Shown piece by piece: positions 8,496 to 16,916 of a DNA stretch of 29,667 nt. The notes beneath the pieces are model-generated. The model saw only the letters and a list, made by a program, of their open reading frames with translations. It made no database searches and was not told the origin of the DNA. Every line of letters begins with the position of its first letter. Position 1 is the stretch's first letter. Source of the DNA: an uncultured bacterium (GTDB lineage Bacteria > Bdellovibrionota_C > UBA2361 > SZUA-149 > CALKYB01); contig CALIEE010000181.1 in NCBI GenBank assembly GCA_938022485.1, forward strand, positions 1 to 29,667. Reading direction: 5' to 3'. The position numbers were made by a program, and so were the translations under genes.

Positions 8496-10436
8496 TTAGT
8501 CGGCTTTTAGCACAGACCAAGAAATCTTATCGTGAAGAGCTAATTTTTTCTTACCAAGAACTGGTAGCATGGACAGGCCACCAGTCAGTACGCAAGCTAA
8601 CTGACTAAGAGCTCTAAGGAATGCTCCCTGTGCGCCAACTGACTCACCTTTAAGACCACTGACCCTCAGACCGAATATTTTTTGGCCTATGGTTCTATCA
8701 TCAAAGGTAATTTTAAAAATGTTGTAAATTAGCCAGAAGCCACAAGCCACTATTCCTGCATTACCAAATAGTGTTGCTAGCTCAGAAAATTCAGCGTTCC
8801 CAGCCATTACGTCACCTAGTAAACCTGGGCGAGCGAAAATAAGTACTGTCAAACCAGATGCCACTCCAAGAGTAATAGCGCCGTCGATTAGAAATGCTCC
8901 TATTCTTTTGAATAGAGAAGCTCCGACCACTCCTTCCCATGGGCTGGATGTATCGATTTCGATTGATCGTTCATAAGCTTTTTGCTCGGCAATTTTGATT
9001 TCTTTAACTTGTTTTGAGAAAGCGTTTACCGCTTGCTTAACATCTTTGTTTACAACCTTCGCTTCGGTCGACTTATCAATTTTAGTCGCATATATTGATG
9101 CTTCCTCTGCTCCAGCTAACTCTTCTCTGACTACATGGAAAAGGAGATTTGTAGTGGCATTATTTTCAAATCCGGCTATGTCCGCCATCGAAAGTTCCAT
9201 GGCTGATTCGATATCTGCTTGATGAACAGCTGAAGCTGCAGCCAACCAAAGCGCTGGTTTTATATCGAAAGGGGAATTACCAGATGGTTTTTGAGAGATA
9301 TTTTCTTGAAGATCTGAACCAGGCTCTGAAGTATTTCCAACTTCGACTTCTAGCCCTGATAGTCCAATATCCTCGTAGTCTAAGTCTTGATTAGATGTTT
9401 TACCAGTTAGATCTATCTCGGAGTATGAACCTTCGGATAGACCTAGCTGCTCATTTTCACTGATATCTTGATCGAGGTCATCAGTAGCTAGATCTTCTTC
9501 GTCTAGATTACCTTCAGCGATCATTTCAGGGATTTGAAACTCTTCTTCGTCTAGCTCACTGGCTGTTTCTAGAGCGTCATTTTCTTCTTCATTTAGTTGC
9601 TCTTCGGAAGCTTCAAGGGTTTCAGATTGTTCTTCTTCGGACTGCTCCTCTTTAGAATCTGAGAGTTCTTCACTTTCTTCTGCACCTGCTAGAAGCTTTT
9701 CTAGTTCACTCTCTGCATCATAGTCTTCGCTAATTTCTTGAATTTCACTATGTTCTTCAGAAGCAACCTCTTCCTCTGACAAATTGCCGTCAGCAATCAT
9801 TTCCGGGATTTGAAACTCTTCTTCGTCTAGGTCACTGGCTGTTTCTAGAGCGTCAATTTTCTCTTCGATTTTTTGCTCTTCGGAAGCTTCAAGGGTTTCA
9901 GATTGTTCTTCTTCGGACTGCTCTTCTGTAGGATCTGAGAGATCTTCACTTTCCTCTTCGGCACTTGCAATTAGTTGTTCTAGTTCGTTCTCAGCATCAG
10001 CTTCAGGGGTAAATTCTTCCTCGGATTCAAAGTTCAAGGAGTCATTTGAGATCGCCTCCGACCCAAGCTGCTCAAGAATTTCATGGCTATGCTCTAGGGA
10101 ACTTAGAAGGGATTCTACCTCATTATCTGCTCCACTCAAATCATCAGAGCTGTATTCACTTGGAGATAGTTCAGACCCTTCCTTGCCCGATTCAGGCTCT
10201 TCTGAGTTTTGATCTATTTTTTCTTGAAGGGCAACTAGTGTTGAGTCTGCCTCTAAATTTTCAGATTGCTTGTCTTCTTCGCTATAGCCTAGTCGAATAA
10301 CACAATGACTTGAAGTATCTGCAATACCCTTATCAGATTCAAACCCAGAGTTGAGCATCTCAAGAATACTATCTTGAGCCGAGATTGGTTCAGAGTCCGA
10401 TGTTAAACTTGAAATTTCAGTAGGAGAATTTGACAA
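8496..10436 (-). CDS. Acidic low-complexity protein with C-terminal RDD membrane domain; probably the 3' part of a frameshifted gene together with 10535-13891
   Basis: C-terminal KRIGAFLIDG...TIGQKIFGLRV...FLRAL...LHDKIS is an RDD domain with three hydrophobic segments. The N-terminal ~450 aa are rich in E/D/S. The frame is open upstream to 10574 with no ATG or RBS-supported start. Confidence 0.8.
   Translation of the reverse strand: MSNSPTEISSLTSDSEPISAQDSILEMLNSGFESDKGIADTSSHCVIRLGYSEEDKQSENLEADSTLVALQEKIDQNSEEPESGKEGSELSPSEYSSDDLSGADNEVESLLSSLEHSHEILEQLGSEAISNDSLNFESEEEFTPEADAENELEQLIASAEEESEDLSDPTEEQSEEEQSETLEASEEQKIEEKIDALETASDLDEEEFQIPEMIADGNLSEEEVASEEHSEIQEISEDYDAESELEKLLAGAEESEELSDSKEEQSEEEQSETLEASEEQLNEEENDALETASELDEEEFQIPEMIAEGNLDEEDLATDDLDQDISENEQLGLSEGSYSEIDLTGKTSNQDLDYEDIGLSGLEVEVGNTSEPGSDLQENISQKPSGNSPFDIKPALWLAAASAVHQADIESAMELSMADIAGFENNATTNLLFHVVREELAGAEEASIYATKIDKSTEAKVVNKDVKQAVNAFSKQVKEIKIAEQKAYERSIEIDTSSPWEGVVGASLFKRIGAFLIDGAITLGVASGLTVLIFARPGLLGDVMAGNAEFSELATLFGNAGIVACGFWLIYNIFKITFDDRTIGQKIFGLRVSGLKGESVGAQGAFLRALSQLACVLTGGLSMLPVLGKKKLALHDKISWSVLKAD
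9505..9999 (-). repeat. Intragenic tandem duplication (~72-aa unit, period 276-279 nt) in the RDD ORF
   Basis: 9505-9720 vs 9781-9999; EEQSEEEQSETLEASEEQ...DALETAS(D/E)LDEEEFQIPEMIA(D/E)GNL occurs twice, with long identical DNA stretches. Confidence 0.92.
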
Positions 10437-10534
10437 TTGCTCTTCGAGGCAATCGTTTTCGAGATATTCAGTTGAATTTTTAGAATCAACTAGAAGAAAG
10501 TTAACTGCTTCTCCTTCATCAGGAGTAGATTGAG

Positions 10535-13500
10535 CTATCTGAGTATAATTTTCGGAGTTTTTTTTTCCGACAAATTATTTTCTTCCTCAGTAGAGCTATC
10601 GTCTATCTCTGGCTGTTCCTGTTGCTCTTCTAACAAGTCAGCTAATTGAGCTTCGTCGATTGCCAAGTCTAGGTTGGGTATAGCTTCCTGAACATTAATA
10701 ACTTCTTCTTCCGCTTGAGAGAAGTCCCATGTTTCAGCTTGCTCAATTTCTTGAGGAATTTCTTCTAAAGGTTGTTCTTGAATATCCCAATTTTGCGGAT
10801 GATCTTCTTCCGCTGCTTCTTGGATTAGCTCTTCAAGGCTAGTGCTTGTTAAAAGACTCCCAGGTGCTCCAGTAGTTTCATCAGATTCCCGAGTATCAGG
10901 CTCTAAAACATCAGAGGTCAGGTGCTCTAACTCAGATTCTGCTAGAAATCCTTCGTTACTGGTCTTAACTTCTGATTCCTCGGCAATAATTTCTCCAGCA
11001 AAACCATCGTGTGAAGGGCTTTGAACTTCGGCTTCCAGGAATACTTCAGAGGCCATTTCAAAAGAACTATTTTTTTCACTATCAGTTTGTTCTACTGCAT
11101 TACCATCGAAACCTTCTTGACTTTCGGATGACACTTCGGGCTGTGCTGTAATTTCTTCCTGCTTCTCTTCTTCTAGACCTTGCAAGGTATTCAAGTCGAA
11201 CAAATGATCGAAGGTCTTCATCAACTCAGGGCTGGCAGGTGCCTGAGCTTGAAGTGTTGAGCTGTTGTCAAAAATCCCTTCGTCGTGGATCTCTGAGATA
11301 GAGGCGCTATCCGTAGTGTTTAAAGCTGAATCTGTCTCGGAGCCAAAAGAAGCTTCTGCTTGTTCAAAACTATTAGTAGTTGCCTCTTCTTCACCGAGAA
11401 GGGGAGCTTGCTCTAAGATTTTATCAATATCATTCTTTAAAAATCCCGCAGACTCGCTAAGACCATCCACTGAATCTTTCAGAGGTTCAGGTATTTCACT
11501 GACAGTGTCATGCTCTGTCTCGGAAGGTTCTGGGTCTCCTATATCCAGAGGAGCGATGTCATCTAGAAGGCTGCTTAGATCCTCTTCTAATCCACTTGCA
11601 GCTTGAGTATTTACTACTTCTTCCGGAGCATGCATTGCTTGTTCCAGAGCGTTTAGAGTATCAAGTTCACTTGAGAGCTCTTCGATATTAGTAATTGGTT
11701 CTTGAGAAATATCTTCTTTCCCGATTTTGCCTGAAAGCTGCTCAAGGTCTTTCAACTCTTGATCTATGTTGACCTGTTGGCAATCTATGTCATCAACGCT
11801 AGCTACGCTTATTACATTCATACCGTCAGCAATTAGACCTTCCAGCTCTCCGTCAAGTTCTTGTTGAAGATTAGCTAGGGGATCGGGAGCTGCTGTGGCA
11901 CTCTCGTTATTCACAAGACTATCCACTAATGGATCTCCTGCGGCTTGGACAAAGGTGTTACCCATAGACATTAGCTCAGCTAATTCATCTTCAAGAGTTT
12001 GTCCAAGTGACAGAAGTGGATCGTCTTCGAGTATATCCTGAGGTGATACACCATATGCTTCAGCAAGTAGGGTTGAAAGTTGATGGATGAGTCGGTCTTT
12101 GGCTTCTAACTCAATCGCGATATCTTGATCGACTTGTTTTGCTTGAACTGTGGAAATAGTAGCTTCAATTTCCTTTTCAGAACTAGAGCTTAGTATTTCC
12201 ATGTCGAAATGAGCACCATCATCTTTTTCAGTTAGACTTTGGCGCTGCGGTGCGGAACCAATTTGCTCAAATGCTGAGACAAGACCACTCAGAAGATTTT
12301 CTCCTTTGGGTATTGATGCCTCCTCTTTTTTGGTCAGAACCGTTTGGCTTACCTCTACAGGTGCCTCTTCTTCTACTAAGTCTTCTTCATCCTCATACTC
12401 GCCTTCTACTTCAAATTCGATGCTTACTTCCATGTCATCGCCAAGTAGGAAGGAGTTACCAAGATCTGCTTGGGAGTATTGTTCAGTTTTTTCTACAGCT
12501 ACTGACTCAATGTCTAAACTCTCATCACCTAGCATTTGGTCAAGCTGATCTTCCCAATTTTCTGCACCATCTCCAAACTCCATTACTGCGGGTGCGACAA
12601 ATGGGCTGGCAGTAAGTTCTTCGCTATCTGTTTCGTTTAGCCCAAGAATAATATCATCTGATATATGTTCTTCAATCGAACTTTCCGGATTAGCAGCTTC
12701 AATTAGATTGCTTTGCCCCTCTTCTAACTGAGGATGAGGTTTTTGTTCAGTTTGTTGCGAGACAAACTCTTCTGGTCGAACTTCCGAGGAAGAAGGCTTT
12801 TGTGTGTTTGGAAGAAGTTCAGCTTGTGTACTCTCGAAAGAATCATTTAGAGCTTCAGCAGCAAGTCTTTCGAAATCCGAATCAGAAGATTCTAGAACTG
12901 GAGGGACAGTCTGTTCAGCCTGGATGTTACTTTTCTGTCTTATTGTTTCTACTATTTCGGCAGTTTTATTAGGCTCTAGACTTAGGTCAATATTAAAATC
13001 CTCGGCTAGGGCAAAATTAGATTCACCAGCTAGTTCTAATGGTTTCCAGTCTGAATTTTCTTTTTTATTTAGCTCCGCTTGTTTACTAATTTTTTCGTCC
13101 AAAGAGTCTCTAACTTTGAATGACTCAGGGGAGTCAGTTTTACTAGCAACAGTCTCTTCGTTATTTTCATTGGGTTCGGATGCTATCGTTGGCAAACTAA
13201 GGTAGCTGTCAGCAGTTAATTCAGACTCAAGCTGTTTAATTTTGTCTTCGGTGTCACCTAGTAAGTTTAGATTTTCCAAAGCATTTGGATCATTGGTCTC
13301 GTGAACTGGCTCTTGCGAGGTACTAGCTGAGTTCTCTACCTGACTAATGATCCCAGATATACTGGTCTCTTGAATTTCCTCAATCGTTGGTTCAGAGGGC
13401 TCAGGAGTTGGATTTTCACTTTGTTCTGCAGCTAGTATGAATAATTCAAAATCATCTATCTCTTTATCTAAGACTGAACCAGCGTCATCTTCTTCCGCTC

Positions 13501-13891
13501 GGTTAACAAAATTTTGAAGATCCTCGTTATTAGAGCTTAGAGTTTCGCTGATAGCGTCCATCGGGTCTGATGCTGTCCCTTCCGCTGGCGAAGATTCGAG
13601 TCCTAGTTCTGAAGAGGTCTGGGATTCGTCACTAGGGATCCTGGCTTCAGTTTGTCCTGCCTGGCTAGTTGAAGATTCATTAAGAAGTTCATTACTTGCT
13701 GATGATTTTCCTAAAATACTTTTCAAGAAACCACCTTTGTTGGAGTCTTGGTTGGAAGAGCTAGGTGATGAAACTTTTTTACCATTCTTGATCAGTGAGA
13801 GCGACTGACGACTGGACTTTAGGTTTAGTCCACATTTCGGACAGGCGACCTTTTTGTCTGAAACAACGAATTTACACTTGGGACATTTCAT
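10535..13891 (-). CDS. Giant acidic, probably disordered protein with N-terminal CxxC-x10-CxxC zinc ribbon; probably the 5' part of a zinc-ribbon-RDD gene
   Basis: MKCPKCKFVVSDKKVACPKCGLNL followed by ~1,090 aa rich in E/S/D with no recognisable folded domain; ends shortly after an A9 run. Confidence 0.8.
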   Translation of the reverse strand: MKCPKCKFVVSDKKVACPKCGLNLKSSRQSLSLIKNGKKVSSPSSSNQDSNKGGFLKSILGKSSASNELLNESSTSQAGQTEARIPSDESQTSSELGLESSPAEGTASDPMDAISETLSSNNEDLQNFVNRAEEDDAGSVLDKEIDDFELFILAAEQSENPTPEPSEPTIEEIQETSISGIISQVENSASTSQEPVHETNDPNALENLNLLGDTEDKIKQLESELTADSYLSLPTIASEPNENNEETVASKTDSPESFKVRDSLDEKISKQAELNKKENSDWKPLELAGESNFALAEDFNIDLSLEPNKTAEIVETIRQKSNIQAEQTVPPVLESSDSDFERLAAEALNDSFESTQAELLPNTQKPSSSEVRPEEFVSQQTEQKPHPQLEEGQSNLIEAANPESSIEEHISDDIILGLNETDSEELTASPFVAPAVMEFGDGAENWEDQLDQMLGDESLDIESVAVEKTEQYSQADLGNSFLLGDDMEVSIEFEVEGEYEDEEDLVEEEAPVEVSQTVLTKKEEASIPKGENLLSGLVSAFEQIGSAPQRQSLTEKDDGAHFDMEILSSSSEKEIEATISTVQAKQVDQDIAIELEAKDRLIHQLSTLLAEAYGVSPQDILEDDPLLSLGQTLEDELAELMSMGNTFVQAAGDPLVDSLVNNESATAAPDPLANLQQELDGELEGLIADGMNVISVASVDDIDCQQVNIDQELKDLEQLSGKIGKEDISQEPITNIEELSSELDTLNALEQAMHAPEEVVNTQAASGLEEDLSSLLDDIAPLDIGDPEPSETEHDTVSEIPEPLKDSVDGLSESAGFLKNDIDKILEQAPLLGEEEATTNSFEQAEASFGSETDSALNTTDSASISEIHDEGIFDNSSTLQAQAPASPELMKTFDHLFDLNTLQGLEEEKQEEITAQPEVSSESQEGFDGNAVEQTDSEKNSSFEMASEVFLEAEVQSPSHDGFAGEIIAEESEVKTSNEGFLAESELEHLTSDVLEPDTRESDETTGAPGSLLTSTSLEELIQEAAEEDHPQNWDIQEQPLEEIPQEIEQAETWDFSQAEEEVINVQEAIPNLDLAIDEAQLADLLEEQQEQPEIDDSSTEEENNLSEKKTPKIILR

Positions 13892-13935
13892 TTAGTCCAA
13901 TTCCAAAAATATAACCTTCCGAACAACCGCTTTTC

Positions 13936-14778
13936 CTAACTGCGCAGGCCCATTAAAATTACGCCCGAGGCTAAAGTAAAAGCGGTTTCCACCCTTAATA
14001 CACCGGCTCCGAGGGTTGCTGATTTAAAATGTCTGGACTGAGCAAAAGATTCTTCTGATTCAGACATTCCGCCCTCGGGACCAACTACTAAATAGTTTTC
14101 GGCACCTTGGGAATTATTCTCAACATGATTTTTTCGAAGCCTATCTTGGCAAGGTAAGCGCCTGTTATCGTTGATAAAAGTGCTCTTGCTGAGAGGATCT
14201 CCAGAGACGATTTGGAGAAGGTTTGGCATATTTTTTGTTTTTCTGGTGCTCAGAAAGATTTTGGACCCTTTATCGGAGAGGTGAGAATCCAGAGCGGATT
14301 CTAAACTTTCGCATATATAAATTAGGGGAAATATGACTTGTTTAGACTGTTTAAATGCTGATCTCGCAATTGATTCCAGGCGATCTGATTTCTTTTCTAT
14401 TGATTTTACAAAATTACCCTGAGAGCTACTACCTCTGAAAAAGATCAGCTTGCTTACTCCAAGCTCAACGGCTTTACTCACCAACTTTTCAGCTACTGCT
14501 GGTTCAGGAACTCCAACAAATACCACAAGTCTTGGACCAATTATTTTAGCTGGTATAATACTCTTTAGCTTTAGACTGACAGAGTTGTTTCCTATGGACT
14601 CCACTGTTCCACGAGCCAAGCTTTTGCAACAGATGTTGTAGACTTCGAGTTGGTCACCAATCTTAACACGTAGAGATTTTTTTAGATGTTTTGCCTCTTC
14701 CTCGAGGACTTCAACTTCAGCACCACGGCTGAAGTGTTCCTCGGCAACCTCGACAATTGTTCTGATCTGGGAACTCAC
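13936..14778 (-). CDS. rsmE: 16S rRNA m3U1498 methyltransferase (SPOUT)
   Basis: HLKKSLRVKIGD, KAVELGV, IARSAFKQS, LVVGPEGG, LGAGVLRVETA; GTG start. Confidence 0.93.
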   Translation of the reverse strand: MSSQIRTIVEVAEEHFSRGAEVEVLEEEAKHLKKSLRVKIGDQLEVYNICCKSLARGTVESIGNNSVSLKLKSIIPAKIIGPRLVVFVGVPEPAVAEKLVSKAVELGVSKLIFFRGSSSQGNFVKSIEKKSDRLESIARSAFKQSKQVIFPLIYICESLESALDSHLSDKGSKIFLSTRKTKNMPNLLQIVSGDPLSKSTFINDNRRLPCQDRLRKNHVENNSQGAENYLVVGPEGGMSESEESFAQSRHFKSATLGAGVLRVETAFTLASGVILMGLRS

Positions 14779-14801
14779 TTGAGGAAGCTTACCCAGGCAC
14801 T

Positions 14802-15407
14802 TTACTTGCGGTTGACCCCAAGCTCTAGCAGACGTTCTTCGGCCATGGCGATTCTATCAATTCCCTGAAAGCGTTCTTCTCCAATTAGAATAGTTGGGGT
14901 GTCAAATACCCCAAGCTTGCGGCCACGTTTAAAAATACCTTTAACTCTCTCACGAGTATCAGTACTGCTAATTCGGCCGGCAAATTCGTTAGGGTCAATA
15001 TCTAGGTCGTCACAAAGTTCAACAAAGAAGTCCTGCTGATTTGCATCTTCACCTTCACCCCACCAGCGGTGGAACATTTTAATATTGTATTCAAGGCTAA
15101 GGTCTAAGTCTCCAGCGACTACTGCTCCGCGAGTGCTTTTTTCGGGATCAAAGTCCTCTTCAGGCCATGATCCTTTCATAACCAAGGGTAATTCCATTGC
15201 CTTAGCTAGTCTCACAACATCTTCTCGAATGTAGCTCGCACGTTCTGGAGAAATTTGTTGTCCAGAGGTTTGTCCTGAAGCTTTACCTGAAAAGGGTTGC
15301 CACAAAACTTTAATATCAAACTTGCTTTCAATTTGTGCCAAGCGGTCAATCGCCAAATAGGAATAAGGGCATTGAAATGAATAGAAAATCTCGACAGTTT
15401 GAATCAT
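14802..15407 (-). CDS. DsbA-like thioredoxin / 2-hydroxychromene-2-carboxylate isomerase (kappa-GST-like) family protein
   Basis: EIFYSFQCPYSYLA N-terminal motif; C-terminal GVFDTPTILIGEERFQGIDRI. Confidence 0.8.
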   Translation of the reverse strand: MIQTVEIFYSFQCPYSYLAIDRLAQIESKFDIKVLWQPFSGKASGQTSGQQISPERASYIREDVVRLAKAMELPLVMKGSWPEEDFDPEKSTRGAVVAGDLDLSLEYNIKMFHRWWGEGEDANQQDFFVELCDDLDIDPNEFAGRISSTDTRERVKGIFKRGRKLGVFDTPTILIGEERFQGIDRIAMAEERLLELGVNRK

Positions 15408-15510
15408 CTTCTTTGGTCCTGATTTAGAGCCTTAAATCAATTGAATAGGCTCAGGTCATTAAAATGTTTGTTTCGCTGTAAATTCTGGGTCGAAAGCACG
15501 GCCCTGACCC

Positions 15511-15548
15511 TGGTCCATTAAACCATCGGTCCTTTAGCGGTCCGTTAG
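15511..15548. promoter_or_regulatory. Three direct repeats (consensus GGTCCnTTA) upstream of the DsbA-rsmE-RDD gene string; candidate operator or RNA-binding sites
   Basis: TGGTCCATTAA (15511-21), CGGTCCTTTAG (15527-37), CGGTCCGTTAG (15538-48); the last two form a tandem 11-bp repeat with 10/11 identity. Confidence 0.45.
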
Positions 15549-15674
15549 AGTAATTTTTCAGAGGTTTGGGTCTGATTCCCGACCAAGAGGAATCTAGCCT
15601 ATTATGACTCGAACTTCAATCTAATAAAAGCACTAAAATTACCAGAAATGCAGAGGTGTATTGAAAAGACGAAG

Positions 15675-15711
15675 TTTAAATTGGGCGGGGTATAACCCAG
15701 CCTAATTTAAA
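15675..15711 (-). terminator. Long stem-loop, candidate terminator downstream of the DUF4388-roadblock gene
   Basis: TTTAAATTGGGCGGG-GTATAA-CCCAGCCTAATTTAAA near-perfect inverted repeat, followed on the minus strand by CTTCGTCTTTT. Confidence 0.5.
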
Positions 15712-15780
15712 TGAGGCAGGGTTTTTATAGACCGTAAGCTAAACAAAAAAATATTCGACTAAGAAGGGGTAGGTTTGAGC

Positions 15781-16674
15781 TTAAAATAGGTCTTCGAGTG
15801 ATTCAACATAACTCCTAACAGCCACCATTGCCTGACCTGGATTCCCCGAAGTATCCTGTAATAAATAGAGGAGTTGCTCTCCTCCTTTAAGCATTCTCAA
15901 TAGAACGTACTCGTTAGTTCCCGTGATAAGTATCTCCTGAATAGGACTTAGGCCGCCGTCTTCAGCTTTACCAAGGGCAACCAAAGCATCTTGAGCTGAT
16001 TTACCAACGTCTCTGTAAAAAGCGCTCGCAGTATCTAAGTCGAGTTCTTCACCTGGGACATCAAAAGCAATCGGAGTGCCGGTTTCAATGTCTACCAGAG
16101 TGGCAGCTATATATCCTCCAATAGAGGATTTTAATTTCTCAAAAAAATCGTCGACACTTTCGATACTGGCTTCTTCTACTGCTGGGACTGGAGCTTTTGG
16201 AGAAGTTTCAGGTTGAGAAGCTCTTTCTGGGAAAAGTTCCCTGAGAGGAAATACAATCTGAGGCTCTTCGGAGTCTTCTTCACCATTTTTTAAAACCTGT
16301 ACGGTGCACTTACCCCATGAAGACATGTGTTTTAGAGCAGCTTCTGTATGTCTCTTAATAATTTCCTTTCTTGAGTCCTGATTTTCAACGCCAATGTCTA
16401 TTAGGATATCATCCAAATGCTTGCTTCCAGACTGGCGGGACTCTCTAATACTGGCCGTCAGTTCATCCTTTTGAACCTGAGCTTCGTTGATTAGTATATT
16501 CTGAAAATTTTCAACCTGACCCGTAGCGAACGCCCAGACTACATGACCCTGATGTAGGTACACCTTGCCGGTATTGGATTCATTCTTGAAGCGCAGCTCG
16601 CCAGAAGGAATCTGCCTGATTATGTTGTCCATAATGGAGAATACATCAGATTTTGCTCGAATAGTGTCTGTCAT
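15781..16674 (-). CDS. DUF4388/PatA-N-like domain fused to a C-terminal roadblock/LAMTOR2 (MglB-like) domain
   Basis: N-terminus SGELRF...GKVYLHQGHVVWA...ILI...LDDILIDIG...LKHMSSWG fits the DUF4388 pattern. C-terminus IGGYIAATLVDIETG...LDLDTASA...IQEILIT...YVLLRML...LLYLLQD..GNPGQA fits the roadblock/LC7 pattern. A Pro/Glu linker lies between them. Confidence 0.7.
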   Translation of the reverse strand: MTDTIRAKSDVFSIMDNIIRQIPSGELRFKNESNTGKVYLHQGHVVWAFATGQVENFQNILINEAQVQKDELTASIRESRQSGSKHLDDILIDIGVENQDSRKEIIKRHTEAALKHMSSWGKCTVQVLKNGEEDSEEPQIVFPLRELFPERASQPETSPKAPVPAVEEASIESVDDFFEKLKSSIGGYIAATLVDIETGTPIAFDVPGEELDLDTASAFYRDVGKSAQDALVALGKAEDGGLSPIQEILITGTNEYVLLRMLKGGEQLLYLLQDTSGNPGQAMVAVRSYVESLEDLF

Positions 16675-16916
16675 TTTACTTTCTAAATTCTAGCTTTCTA
16701 GCCATTTTGACTAAAATAATTGCCTCTAGATCCCTACGATTTAGGATGCGTTCGTTTTACCTTTGGTTTTATTATTGTCGGCAAGTTATAAGTTAAACTA
16801 AAGTGACTATCATTGCGGGCAAATACCCCTTTATTCGCAGGAAAAACGACGGTTTTTGCTTGCCCTAAAAAGTCCCTCTTAATATTTTTCGTGGAAAGCC
16901 CAAAAAGAGAGCCGAA

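Noticed and set aside
15499-15514. ACCAGGGTCAGGGCCG, resembling the SRP RNA (ffs) helix-8 5' strand
   Set aside because: Lacks the following GNRA loop and AGCAG strand that define SRP RNA
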